64,000 nucleotides of DNA from Octopus sinensis (Eukaryota). Positions 23,879 through 37,432 of the stretch are shown one piece after another. Both the position numbers and the translations under genes were made by a program. Location: assembly GCF_006345805.1 (NCBI RefSeq), contig NC_043024.1, positions 4,898,001 to 4,962,000 of the forward strand, given 5' to 3'. The stretch's first letter is position 1. Each line of letters begins with the position of its first letter. The notes beneath the pieces were generated by a model. It ran no database searches. It saw nothing but the letters and a program-made list of their open reading frames with translations, and was not told the origin of the DNA.

Positions 23879-25070
23879 AATATTTAGCTTTTTGCAGGTA
23901 TTGAGTCCAAGAATTGATTGTTTTTCCTTTGTGTGTCCCTGTGATTGTTGTTTTGCCCAGTTGTGGAATCCTGGTACCTCCGTACGCAGTGAGGATTACA
24001 TCACTTGGTGTGAGGATTCCTTCTTTGACTTTATCCTCTTGTGTCATGTGTTCTGGGAACATCTTTTTGTGGAGGTTGACAGGCAAGATATCACTCTGGG
24101 CTCCAGTGTCAATCTTCAGCCTTAAGTCAATGTTTATTCGTTTCTTGCCAGACTTCTTTTGTATTCTTATTGTTGTGTATGCCTCATTTTTTCTCTGGTC
24201 GTCATTTCCCATCTCATGCACATTTATTGTGCCGACTGCCAAAAATTCCTCCTCTGAGGTGTTTTGTTCCTGTAGTTGTGCATGTATATCTCTTTGTCTT
24301 CTCTTTGAAAATTGGGGCATGTATTTCTGGGATTTTGTCAACCTACACATTTTTTTCCAGTGGTTAGGTTTTCCACATGCTTTGCAGTGTATACCGAACG
24401 CAGGACATTTCTTCCGGTTGTCGAACTCATGCTCTGTACCACAGTACTGGCATGTTCTTTGTTTGCGGGTACGTTTCATCCTGTGCCTAGATACAATATC
24501 TACACTGCTGCCTAGTGAGCTTGTTTGTAAGGTAAGTGAGGCCATTTGTTTGGTAGTGGCTTCGAATGCTCTTGCAGTGTCTACTGCTTCTATCAACTGG
24601 AGAGCGTCCTTACCTATGAGGGATTTCTGGACTTCTTTATGAGCACACCCCCATATTAATTGATCAACAATTCTTTTGTCCTTATCTTTGAATTTGCATT
24701 TTTCGGCAACATTCTTTAGTCTGGACAGGAAATTGTCAATCGTTTCTTGTGGGTCTTATTTTAGGCCCTGGAATTCGTATCTATGAATTCTATGGTGTGA
24801 TCTGGGCTCTAGGTGCCTTTCAAATTTCTCTAAAAGTGTGTCTGGGTTATTGCAATCCGATTCTGACATGTCCCAGCTATTGAATAAGTCTATGCCTTTT
24901 TCTCCCGTCCATAAAAGGATATAGGTTACCTTTTCATCTTCAGTCGTGCCTTTCAGGAAACTTTTGAAAGCTAGTTGAGTTTTGAATTTCTTGAACGCTT
25001 CCACGATATCATTGGAGTCCCAGTTCATGATTGGATGTAAATTCATCTGTATGGTGACGGGGGTCGCCAT
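23862..25070 (-). pseudogene. gag: Gypsy gag plus aspartic protease (one in-frame stop at 24756)
   Basis: Knuckle CKACGKPNHWKKMC and protease motif KIDTGA. The two ORF pieces are in the same frame. Confidence 0.8.
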
Positions 25071-25697
25071 TTTGGATCCTCGTGTATGTATGTCCGAAGA
25101 CGAAGCGATGTTTTGTTTGTTAATTTCTGGTTCGTTGTCTTTCTGTTTTGTTGTAAAGGCACAGTTTCCGATTAATTATTTACTGCTGCCACCATGTTAT
25201 GTGTTGTTTCGTTCTAATGGGATAGACAACCAATATGAAGCCATTGTTATCGTTTACGTGTTTATTTACTTTTTCATGTTACAAGAACTGGACTACATTC
25301 AGCGCAGCGACACTTAACGATAGATAAAAACATGTGCTTTCTCGCACATAAACACAGTATTCACACATATACAAACACGCGCAGATGCAATTATTGAAGT
25401 ACTAAATGGCACGTCAAATGATATTTAATCGTGTGGAACATTTTACATGCATATCAATATTCTAAAGTTGGACATACTATCCCTTATCCTAAAGCTGCTT
25501 CAGACAATTAGGAAGGGTTCCCGACTTGTTGCACCGTCTGCTTTCAATCTTGGATTGTGATTCGGCTCAGCCCAAACTCTCTCAGATTTTGTCTGCTGCT
25601 GCCTACTCCTACAAGGATTGCACCTGTTTTTTGTTCCTGATTTAACTCCGATTTGTCCTAGAGCCCATAGAAGATTGTTTTTAGTCAACCATCCATC

Positions 25698-27143
25698 ATG
25701 TCAGCTACCTACGGATCGAAACTGAGATCTGCAGGAAGGGCTTCTCATCAAGATGATGGTCCTACCAACAGTCAGCTCAACGAGCAGTTGCTGTTGCCCA
25801 AACAAGAGGTCGAGCACCTAAAGTCTGTTGTTGCTCTCTTACTGAATAAACAGTCTCCTGTTGACGCAGAGTCACCCTTGATTTCTTCCCTGGAGACAAC
25901 AAAATCGAAGCGGCCAAAGATGGCGAAGGAACCGGCGGTCGTTTCTGCACATGATTGTTCCTGTGCGGATTCTTCCTCATCTGCCTTTTCGGTCCCGGAG
26001 GTTCCCCAACCTAATTTGAGGAGCGTAGACTCAAACCCACCTGAGGACCGTTGTTCTCCCCAAAAGAAGAAACGTAGTCAAAACTCCAGTGGGGCAGATT
26101 TAGCTATGAAACCTGACCACGATAAACAGTCTCCTGTTGACGCAGAGTCACCCTTGATTTCTTCCCTGGAGACGTCCAAACCGAAGGGAACAAAATCGAA
26201 GCGGCCAAAGAAGGCGAAGGAACCGGCGGTCATTTCTGCACATGATCGTTCCTGTGCGGATTCTTCCTCATCTGCCTTTTCGGTCCCGGAGGTTCCCCAA
26301 CCTAATTTGAGGAGCGTAGACTCAAACCCACCTGAGGACCGTTATTCTCCCCAAAAGAAGAAACGTAGTCAAAACTCCAGTGGGGCAGATTTAGCTATGA
26401 AACCTGATCACGATAAAATCTGTTTGGATTCTCCCTCACTTGTCCTTCCCATTAATGCCATTGCTCAACCAATTCTGAACGATCTCGATGTGAGTTCATC
26501 TGAGGAGTGGTGCTCCCCCAAACTGAAGAAGAGGCAGTGCAGTTTCAAACCAGGCGGGAAAATTATGACCACTAAACCCATTCCGATCGACCCCACAGGC
26601 CGACATAAGTCCGATGGCTATGAAACCACCCTTTCGAAATCTTCCAATGAAGAATCGAATACCGCAGCTCATAGTAGAGAACATTTTGCCCACTCAAGAT
26701 CAGCAATAATTTATGGTAAAGCTGAATCCACCTGTGATACAGGCATAAACCGCCTAAAAGATGACATTAATTTTGTTTCCATTTTAGTTGGAAAATTGTT
26801 CTCTGTGAACGAAAATGTCAGTGTCCATAAGGTCGCTCGGCTAGGAAGATTCCAAGCGAACCCAACCTCAGATACTAGACCACGCCCAATAAGGGTAATC
26901 TTCTCCTCCGATCGGGAGGCTTCAGTCTTTCTGAACAGAGCTCAGACACATGCCTGGGAGGACCCCAATATGGGTTTTCGCGAGGAATACTCACTAAGAG
27001 AGAGAATTCGCCGGAGAAACCTAATATCCGAACTAAAGATGAGGAAACAAATGCGAGAGAAGGGTTTACGAATCCAAGATGGACAGATAATCAAGTCCTA
27101 CCTCTGGTCCCATGCTGTAGTGCTGACAGGGAAAGTGATGTGA
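25698..27143 (+). CDS. CR1 ORF1 protein with an internal 92/97-aa tandem repeat
   Basis: Open 481-aa ORF. The C-terminal RLGR...RPRPIRVIF...ERIRRRNLISELK region is typical of CR1/L2 ORF1. It overlaps the ORF2 start. Confidence 0.75.
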   Translation: MSATYGSKLRSAGRASHQDDGPTNSQLNEQLLLPKQEVEHLKSVVALLLNKQSPVDAESPLISSLETTKSKRPKMAKEPAVVSAHDCSCADSSSSAFSVPEVPQPNLRSVDSNPPEDRCSPQKKKRSQNSSGADLAMKPDHDKQSPVDAESPLISSLETSKPKGTKSKRPKKAKEPAVISAHDRSCADSSSSAFSVPEVPQPNLRSVDSNPPEDRYSPQKKKRSQNSSGADLAMKPDHDKICLDSPSLVLPINAIAQPILNDLDVSSSEEWCSPKLKKRQCSFKPGGKIMTTKPIPIDPTGRHKSDGYETTLSKSSNEESNTAAHSREHFAHSRSAIIYGKAESTCDTGINRLKDDINFVSILVGKLFSVNENVSVHKVARLGRFQANPTSDTRPRPIRVIFSSDREASVFLNRAQTHAWEDPNMGFREEYSLRERIRRRNLISELKMRKQMREKGLRIQDGQIIKSYLWSHAVVLTGKVM

Positions 27144-29965
27144 GGGCAAATCGAAGTGAAGTCAATACCCCCATCAACGATGCTATCTCTGATACCCCTT
27201 ATTCTGCTTGTTCCCCAACTCCCGCCCCTCAGACTTCACAGCTCAGCATCGTCTACACCAACTCGTGCTCCTTATTCCCAAAGTTAAGTGAACTATTTAC
27301 ACTGGCCATACGTGACTCCCCTGATGTGATAGCAATCACCGAGACTTGGCTGACTCCAGCAGTAAAGGACTCAGAAATCCACCTGCAGGGCTACGTCGTT
27401 TTCAGATGTGACAGAGGAAAAAGGCGAGGTGGAGGTGTTGCTGTGTATGTTAAGTCTGAGCACAAACCGTCCAGCGGTATTCTACCCACTAATGCTCAAC
27501 CTACAACAAAATTCGATGCCGTCTATTGCAAGCTGAGCCTATCTGAGTTTTGCCTGCCCGTGTTGGCTGTCTACAGGCCGCCTCTTGCCGACCCCCAGGA
27601 CGATGCTCATTTACTCGAAGCGATAAGATTCGTTTCAGCTTCGCATGACTGTTTGGTACTAGGAGACTTCAACGCTCCCACGATCGATTGGCCCGCATCA
27701 ATTTGTACAACATCTTCCCGTTTCGGCCAGGCCCTTCTTGACGTGACTGAAGACTGTTTTCTATCGCAACATGTTGAATATCCGACAAGGCATCGGTCTG
27801 GGCAGCAGCCATCTATGCTAGATCTGGTATTCTCCCGCTATCCAAGATCAGTGTCAGACGTATCTGTGTGCACCCCTCTTGCCAAGAGTGATCATGCGGT
27901 CCTGAAGTTCGTCATGCACACAACTTTTTCTACGCCCACGACTACTTCGCTGCCACGTAGAGTCTTCTCTGCAATTAATCTTGAAATTCTAACTGAGGCT
28001 TCCGCGCTTCTGGACTGGCGATCCCTGATGACGTTGTCCTCTGTTGACGAACTATGGTCATCCCTCAAAGCATATGTAATCTGTTTGACTGACCAGGCAG
28101 TTCCCGTTGGGCTTCCCAAGAAGAAGAAACACAAGCCCTGGGTGACGAAGAAGGTTAAACAAGAACGTCGACTCAGAGATATTGCTTGGGCTGAATTCAA
28201 AAATCTGGATTCGACTGCAGCTTTTGAGGTGTACAAAACTCAACGAGACCGAGCCGTGAAAATTGAAAAGAAAGAACGCTTCAGTTATGAATACAAAATC
28301 GCGGCAAATGCCAGTAGCAATCCAAAAACCTTCTTTGCCCATGTCCAGCGGTATTCCCACTTGAACAACCAGATTGCAATGTTGGTAGACTCAACAGGCG
28401 TATCGATTGAGGACCCTTATCAACAGTCAATTATTTGCCGAGGCTTTTTCAACTATTTTCAAACAAGATGATGGTCGTGAACCCCCTCCATTTGATAGAT
28501 CGGTACCTCCAATGCTTCGATTGGTCATCACGCGGGACGAAGTCAAACGTGTTATTCAAGGCCTCGATGTCAACAAGGGTCACGGCCCTGACGGCATACA
28601 CCCACGGGTTATCAAAGCGTTGGCTCCGGTCATCTGCGAGCCCTTAACACGACTATTCAATATGTCATTGGCGACGGGTGTTATACCTGCAGACTGGAGA
28701 ACAGCGATAATCTGCCCAATTTTCAAGAAAGGGAGCCGCGAAGACCCGCTTAACTACCGACCGGTTTCCCTTACATCAATAATCAGCAAGATGTTCGAAA
28801 CCATCCTTAAGAAAAGTATGATGCTCCACCTCCTAAACACAGCCTCTATCTCTGATTCCCAACACGGCTTCGTGCCGAAGAGATCATGCTTGACCAACTT
28901 ACTAGTAATGGAAGAATTGGTGACGCGCATTCTCGATGATAGTGATGCTGTTGACATCGTTTTATTGGACTTTGCCAAAGCTTTTGACTCGGTAAACCAC
29001 CGCCTATTACTTGTCAAGCTTCAAGCATATAGTTTCCATCCGGATATTATACGATGGGTTGGTGCCTTCCTCTCAGATCGCTCCTTCCAAGTCCAAGTTA
29101 ATGGTTCGCAGTCTGACGTCTCCAGTGCGAGCAGTGGCGTGCCTCAAGGTTCAGTGCTTGGGCCCTTGTTGTTCTTAGTCTTCATAAATGACTTGCCCGA
29201 CGACCTCACGCAACACACCCTTCTATTTGCCGACGATATCAAACTGGTCGCTCCTCACGGTAATATAGAGGATCTTCGTCGATGCCTCCACCAAATTTGG
29301 AAGTGGTCTAACGATTGGGACCTGTGTCTGAACGTGTCAAAGTGCTGTCATCTGCCTGTCGGCTCTACTCCTGCAACTCAACTTGATTTCGAGCCGGGTC
29401 GTCTGCTGCTGGAGAGGACCGATCAGGTAAAGGACCTGGGTATCTTGGTGGATTCCTCCTTTTCGCCTTCGGCCCAGTGCGTCCATGCTGCCAACAAAGC
29501 ACGCGGAATTCTGTTCTTGATTCGACGGTCATTCGGAATGCTCACAGCAGCCATATTCCTACCACTCTATGTCACGCTGGTGAGACCCATATTGGAGTAT
29601 GGGATTCAAGCCTCTTCTCCTTATCTCCTCAAAGACATACAGCATCTCGAAAGAGTCCAGAAGCTGGCTACCCGCATGGTTCATGGTCTCAAAAATTTGT
29701 CCTACAAAGAAAGGCTGAGGACGCTCGACCTTTATTCTCTTGAAAAACGCCGCCGGCGTGGCGATCTCATTCTCGCCCACAACATCATAAGCGGAAAGTG
29801 TAACCTCTCGAAAGAGCTGTTCTTCACTCCTGCTCCAGAGCGTCGGCTGCGGGGTCATTCCGAAAAGCTCTACCTGTGACGATTTCATCTCAATTGAAGG
29901 AGAGGAGCTTTCTCCGTCCGGGTTGCAGATCCGTGGAACAAGCTGCCAGACGACCGCTTTGTTCA
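27140..29965 (+). pseudogene. CR1 ORF2 (AP endonuclease + RT), one frameshift at ~28430-28470 and two late TGA stops
   Basis: AITETWL, GDFNAP and SDH (EN); NYRPVSL, QHGF, DFAKAFD, PQGSVLGP, FADD and ERVQK (RT). A WNKLP motif follows the stops. Confidence 0.9.
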
Positions 29966-30436
29966 AAGCCTCCCTGGACCTCAAGTGGCCTGAACTCTTT
30001 ACATGAACACCACCCTGTACTCAACTCCATGTCCCCCTACATGGCCTTGCTATTTGCTTTTGAGCCAAATTAACTAACTAACTAACTTATATAACTTTAG
30101 ACACAGCGTAGTAATACTTATAAAATAATACCAAAAGCGGGGACGCATTCCAAACACGCACGCGGCTCTACTTTATAGATTTGGTATTTTGTGAAAGAGA
30201 TTTCTTCAATATTCGGCTTCATCACAATTATTATTATCACCAACCCTTTTCCGTTTTGCGGCCACATGTGGAAATGTTCGAGTGTAGTGAAAATTTCCGT
30301 ATTTGAGGTATCCCTAAATTTTTCCACGCTGAATTCCATCAGTTAATTTGCTTCTTCCACAAAAGAATTTTTTAAAAAGTTACTGTGGTTTAAAGTTTGA
30401 TCATTCTTTCCCATTTAGAAAACAATATTTGGAAGC

Positions 30437-33353
30437 TGTTCAAGTAAAAAAAGTGGGGAGAAATATCAAATTATTGTGATTTTGTACTTTTTACCCGGTA
30501 ATTTATACAATTCTGCAAATACGTGATAGAAAAACCTTTGTTCAATTAAAAATCAAATTACTTTTAACTATGCACTGTTTATCACCATTTCCTCCACCAC
30601 AACCATCATCTCTCTCTCTCTCTTTGTGCCTCAAATCTCACCATCAGAACATCACCACTCTGCTAAAATTATATTGCTAACTTCTCTATATCATCAACTT
30701 CAACTAATTTTTTCAACCATGTAATAAATATTATGTTCCCCTCTATCACATATCATGTACGCTTCTCTCTGTCCCTCTTTTTGTCTTACTCTTTGCTTTA
30801 ATATATGGGTGCTTGAAACTCTCAGAAAAGAATTGCTGGGACCAGTATTCCGTTTGGGATATGCTTTTGAATTGGCAAGAAAGCATGCCCTTTTTTGGAA
30901 ACGAATTGTGACTGGAGATGAAAAATGGATTGTATGTTTAATGTTGTGCAAAACTGATCCTGGAGTTTGCAGAAATATCCCCCAAGCAACCAAAGATGAA
31001 TATCCATGGCAACACACCTGTGCTTTGTGTTTGGTGGGATCATAAAGGCATTGTTTATTATGACCTTCTCCCATAAAACCAGACCATTAATTCTGATGTG
31101 TTCTGTCATCAACTGGCTAATTTGAACCAAAATATATCAAAGAACTGCGGCTGGAGATTACCAACAGAAAAGCATTAGTCTTCCAACAAGACAATGCCCG
31201 ACCATTGTCAAAAAGAAAGGATTCACCCTATCTCCCTCATATTCCTTATAGTCTTCATTGTTATCATTTTTATGTCGTATGTTTTTTAAACCAATATTCT
31301 TCACCAGATGTATTCTTAATTGAATTCTTCTCTTTTTGCTTTGCATCTTGTTCAGATTTAAGTCTTTAATTTTATAAATATATATTTATATAATCTTTTA
31401 GCTGTTTATCCATTATCCAAAAACAAAAGGTCCCGGTCACTAGTCATGGCCTCGCTGTCTAGTGAGGCAATGTATTGGGTTATTCCTGAATCCAAAACAC
31501 TCTAAAGTGGAGCCTATATTGTGTCTGCATCAAAAGATAGTCGCTCATCTGCTATTCACTGAAAACTGAAGGAAATTGGAATACGGTAATTACTTTATAC
31601 ACTTTATGCACAATTTTATAGACACAGCACTCATAAAATAAATATTCGCTTATATTTTTCCAGTTTTCTCATGAACAGAAAAAAATTACATTTTAAAATT
31701 TACATGGGCACAATTTCTTATCTAAAACACAAGAAGTGTATACTAAAAAAATTACCTTATATGTAAAATATAGGGGTCACAATTTAATGTAACATAGCTT
31801 ACTCTGAAATCCACATCAGTGGTAACTTGTAAGCCAAGGTGATGGGTCAGAGAGCCAATACACATTTCAATTTGTGGGTGTTGTAAAAGAACTTTGTTCA
31901 AGTAAAAAAAGTGGGGAGAAATATCAAATTATTGTGATTTTGTACTTTTTACCCGGTAATTTATACAATTCTGCAAATACGTGATAGAAAAACCTTTGTT
32001 CAATTAAAAATCAAATTACTTTTAACTATGCACTGTTTATCACCATTTCCTCCACCACAACCATCATCTCTCTCTCTCTCTTTGTGCCTCAAATCTCACC
32101 ATCAGAACATCACCACTCTGCTAAAATTATATTGCTAACTTCTCTATATCATCAACTTCAACTAATTTTTTCAACCATGTAATAAATATTATGTTCCCCT
32201 CTATCACATATCATGTACGCTTCTCTCTGTCCCTCTTTTTGTCTTACTCTTTGCTTTAATATATGGGTGCTTGAAACTCTCAGAAAAGAATTGCTGGGAC
32301 CAGTATTCCGTTTGGGATATGCTTTTGAATTGGCAAGAAAGCATGCCCTTTTTTGGAAACGAATTGTGACTGGAGATGAAAAATGGATTGTATGTTTAAT
32401 GTTGTGCAAAACTGATCCTGGAGTTTGCAGAAATATCCCCCAAGCAACCAAAGATGAATATCCATGGCAACACACCTGTGCTTTGTGTTTGGTGGGATCA
32501 TAAAGGCATTGTTTATTATGACCTTCTCCCATAAAACCAGACCATTAATTCTGATGTGTTCTGTCATCAACTGGCTAATTTGAACCAAAATATATCAAAG
32601 AACTGCGGCTGGAGATTACCAACAGAAAAGCATTAGTCTTCCAACAAGACAATGCCCGACCATTGTCAAAAAGAAAGGATTCACCCTATCTCCCTCATAT
32701 TCCTTATAGTCTTCATTGTTATCATTTTTATGTCGTATGTTTTTTAAACCAATATTCTGTCACCAGATGTATTCTTAATTGAATTCTTCTCTTTTTGCTT
32801 TGCATCTTGTTCAGATTTAAGTCTTTAATTTTATAAATATATATTTATATAATCTTTTAGCTGTTTATCCATTATCCAAAAACAAAAGGTCCCGGTCACT
32901 AGTCATGGCCTCGCTGTCTAGTGAGGCAATGTATTGGGTTATTCCTGAATCCAAAACACTCTAAAGTGGAGCCTATATTGTGTCTGCATCAAAAGATAGT
33001 CGCTCATCTGCTATTCACTGAAAACTGAAGGAAATTGGAATACGGTAATTACTTTATACACTTTATGCACAATTTTATAGACACAGCACTCATAAAATAA
33101 ATATTCGCTTATATTTTTCCAGTTTTCTCATGAACAGAAAAAAATTACATTTTAAAATTTACATGGGCACAATTTCTTATCTAAAACACAAGAAGTGTAT
33201 ACTAAAAAAATTACCTTATATGTAAAATATAGGGGTCACAATTTAATGTAACATAGCTTACTCTGAAATCCACATCAGTGGTAACTTGTAAGCCAAGGTG
33301 ATGGGTCAGAGAGCCAATACACATTTCAATTTGTGGGTGTTGTAAAAGAACTT
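30437..33353 (+). repeat. Near-perfect tandem duplication of ~1458 bp
   Basis: 30437-31894 and 31895-33353 differ by about one base by eye. The unit is bounded by TGTTCAAGTAAAAAAA at 30437, 31895 and 33354. Confidence 0.92.
30800..31210 (+). mobile_element. mariner transposase fragment (second copy ~32258-32668)
   Basis: KRIVTGDEKWI, CVWWDHKGIVYY and VFQQDNARP motifs. Confidence 0.82.
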
Positions 33354-34571
33354 TGTTCAAGTAAAAAAATAATATTACTTTTCACTTTGTATTCACCATC
33401 ATCTGTCTCTCTTTACCTTTCTTTAATCTCTCCATCAGAACATCACCCACCTTCTAAAATTATATTCCTAACTCTCCTCTATATCTCAACCTTCAACTAA
33501 ATATGTCCCCCTATCACGTCATGCACGCTTCTCTCTCTTCCCGTCCCACTCATGGCCTTATCCTTTCTCTCCAATCACATGAAAGTGTTACTGATGACCT
33601 AAGTAACGTAATGACAAGCAGAATTATTATAAGACTACCTTCCTTTACTTTTCCCTCCCTCTCACTACTCTAACTAACATAAATACACCAGTTGAACAAA
33701 CAAGCTTCTGATTACATATATACACGTACATTATTTTTGTGGGAGGTTTGGATAATATTTTTTGCAAGGTAATTACAAATCACATAAGGAGACCAGAGAA
33801 AAGTTTGATATTATTTATTCAGCATTACATGTGTTTCATTTCCTAATAGGAATTATAAACTTTTAGATGTGTAGAAAACATGTAACATTTATTTCCCATG
33901 AGAAATTCTTGAGACACACAACAGTTTATGTGAGTGTGTGTGTATTTGCCCTTGTCCAGATATTATGTGATGTTTGTAACGGGCCATCATGACCGTCATA
34001 CTTGTGCAGTTGTTCACTTCCAGTCCTCTGCGTAAAATATGTCTCACCATGGAAAGTATTTCCTTGCTTGGAAACAGGTGAGGATTGGTCATAAGAAAGG
34101 TACCCAGATGTAGAAAATCTGCATCAATGAATTCCATCTGATCCACAGAAGCATGAATAGGAGAATGTTCAATGATGAGGATCATCATCATCATGGTTCC
34201 TCTTCTGTATCAATGTATTTACATTTCAATAATTGATCCATTTTCATAGATTGATTTAGCACAAATAGCTTAAGTTACAGTTATATCTTTCATATTAATA
34301 GGACTGTGTACAAACAATTCACCATTTTGAAAGAATGATTCAGGTTTAACATCACAGTGATATGTTTTCCTTCCTCGGTCAATGCTCGGTTTTGATTCAA
34401 TAATGGATGATTTCATGTCAAAGATTTACTATAGATGTCACATTCATATAGTTTCTATATTCTGTGGCTGTCTTTATGAGATACGTCCTTTGTCCTTCTG
34501 AGGAAATGTTATACAACAAATATCACTGTGTTATGGACCCATTTCATAAGGAAAGACTTCTGTTTAAATCA

Positions 34572-35315
<744 letters not shown>

Positions 35316-37329
35316 CTCTTCAAGAAAAATAAAACTGAACATTCAAGTTGTACAGATTAACAACTTTTCAAAAATATTTCTTTTCTCACCAAAATATATG
35401 GATAGTTTGCTTCTTTTTGTTTTTATAGTTTATTCCAAACAAATATCACTTCTCTTATATTTCTTCTAAACATGATCAATGCCAATATTCAAAATTGCTG
35501 CAAATACTCTTTGTAAATCTATCAAAGTATATTTAAAAAAGAAAATTATCTCTTGCACATTTCAGACACAGAAGTAAAGAAATGCTTTCTCTCTCAGAGG
35601 AAATATTTTACTGTAACTCAGCAATGTTTTATAGAAGCAGGATTATACGTTTGTAGAATATCTTTGCAGAGTCTTTCAAACATGATACATATTGATGATT
35701 CTTTAAAAGTAAAAAATACTTTTTTGCCAAATTCATATGATTTTCTGAAAGAATACGAAAATAATATAAGACATCAAGTATGTTTAAAAGGCAGATATTC
35801 TAAAGTGCAAATTTAAGACATTTCTGTTTTCATAAATTGTAGAAGTAATTCTTTATCTGAACCATTAAATTTATCCAATTTCTGCATTACCAAAATGTTT
35901 ATATCATAGAGTAGACACATCTATTATAATACCAACTCCTGGAATATAAAGTCTGTCATAGACACACTTCCACACACACCCCAATATACATATAAATGAC
36001 ACTAGATTTCTGATGTTTTCATTGCAGTCTTGTATCTTTGTTTGCTAAAACAGATATCGCTCTTTCTCTACCTTCATCATCATCGTTTAACATTTGCTTT
36101 CCACACTGGCATGGGTTGTGAGGTTTGACTGAGGACTGGCAAGCCATGAGGCTGAACAAGGTTTCAATCTTATCAGGCAAGATTTCTACAGCTGGATGCT
36201 GTTTGAGCATGTAGCGGTTGCCTCTTATATGTGCCACGGAGCCAGTCAGGTAGCATTGGCATCGACCATGCTTGAAAGGAGCTTTGTATGTGTCACCAGC
36301 ATGGGTGCAAGTCAGGCAGCACTAGCATCAATCATGCTCGAATGGTACTTTTTACATGCCACCTGCATGGGAGCCATATATACAAATACATACATATATA
36401 TATATATGAGTTCATCACAAAACATCGCTAAGTATATATTTATATTTAAGATCTTTAAATTTTAAATTTTAATACTTTATAAGACTTATGGTGTAATAAT
36501 ATTGTTTTTTATGTAAATATCGTTGTTTATGTAATGATCTAATTATCGTAATTTTCTATATAAGTATTAGATATTAACTTTAAATTTATTCGTAAGAATT
36601 TACTTAGCGAGGGATATGTTGTTTGATAGCAAGTATACGAGTTGTTTAAAGATAGGTTTATGTATATACATGTATTAATAGCATTAATTGTAGTTTTAAA
36701 TTTCTTATAATTATTATCTTAACTTATATATTGTCTTTTAAAATTGATATTAGCTAGTTTTTTTATTCCCATTGATAAATATATTTATAGTATTTATTTG
36801 ATACTATATAACTACAAATTGATTATTTCTTTAAGTATTTTAAATATATGATTTCTGATAGTTATTATTTAGCCAACGACATATAAAGATAGTTAATTTG
36901 CTATAGCGATCGTTTAAGATTGTTTGTTTGTATTTTGAAATTAGCTACTTCATCTTTAAATATGAAAAATTAATTTATTAGGTCTTTATTATATGTGCAT
37001 ATATATTTATTTATAGAGATTATTTTAGTTCTTAATTATAATATTTATATATATTTATATATTTTCATTGATAATTTATATACTATTTAAATTTTATATT
37101 TTTAATAATATAATAGTGATTTTTTTGTAAAATTTTTATGTAATTAGATATTGACTATTACTGATATTAGATTATTGGTGGGTTCTTATCTTAAAAATTA
37201 AAATTAATACTTAACATTATAATCGTTAAGTTTCTAGTTTGATAACAGAGTTTTAATGAGTAAAATCATTATATTATTTATTTCTTAAAAATATTGTTTA
37301 AATATTTTTGAATATTTATTAAAATATTA

Positions 37330-37432
37330 CAATTAACCTGAAGATTGACTGTAACCCTAATTCGAATTATTAATTGAATTTAAATTATTGTTATTCGAAT
37401 TGGCTACAGTCATGAAACGATCGTAGTGTTTT
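37330..37432 (+). ncRNA. Hammerhead-ribozyme-like motif (Penelope-type minimal form, long stem II)
   Basis: CTGAAGA (37338), then a ~19-bp stem TGACTGTA.CC..AATTCGAAT/ATTCGAATTGG.TACAGTCA, then GAAAC-GATC-GTA. Stem I is weak and stem II closes with a U.U pair. Confidence 0.45.

Larger units (their letters stand above)
25314..30090 (+). mobile_element. Apparently full-length CR1-clade LINE with (TAAC)n tail
   Basis: Inserted between GCGACAC and ATAACTTTAG of the LTR, which are contiguous in the 3' LTR at 21825-21841. It has a 5' UTR, ORF1, ORF2 and a TAACTAACTAACTAACT tail. Confidence 0.88.
21712..30163 (-). mobile_element. Ty3/Gypsy LTR retrotransposon lacking integrase; 5' LTR split by a LINE
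   Basis: The 3' LTR spans 21712-21930 (TGTTA...TAACA). The PPT AAGAAGAAGGGA is at 21931-21942, and the PBS TGGTGGCAGCAGT (tRNA-Leu-like) at 25182-25194. The 5' LTR survives as 25195-25313 plus 30091-30163. Confidence 0.88.
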
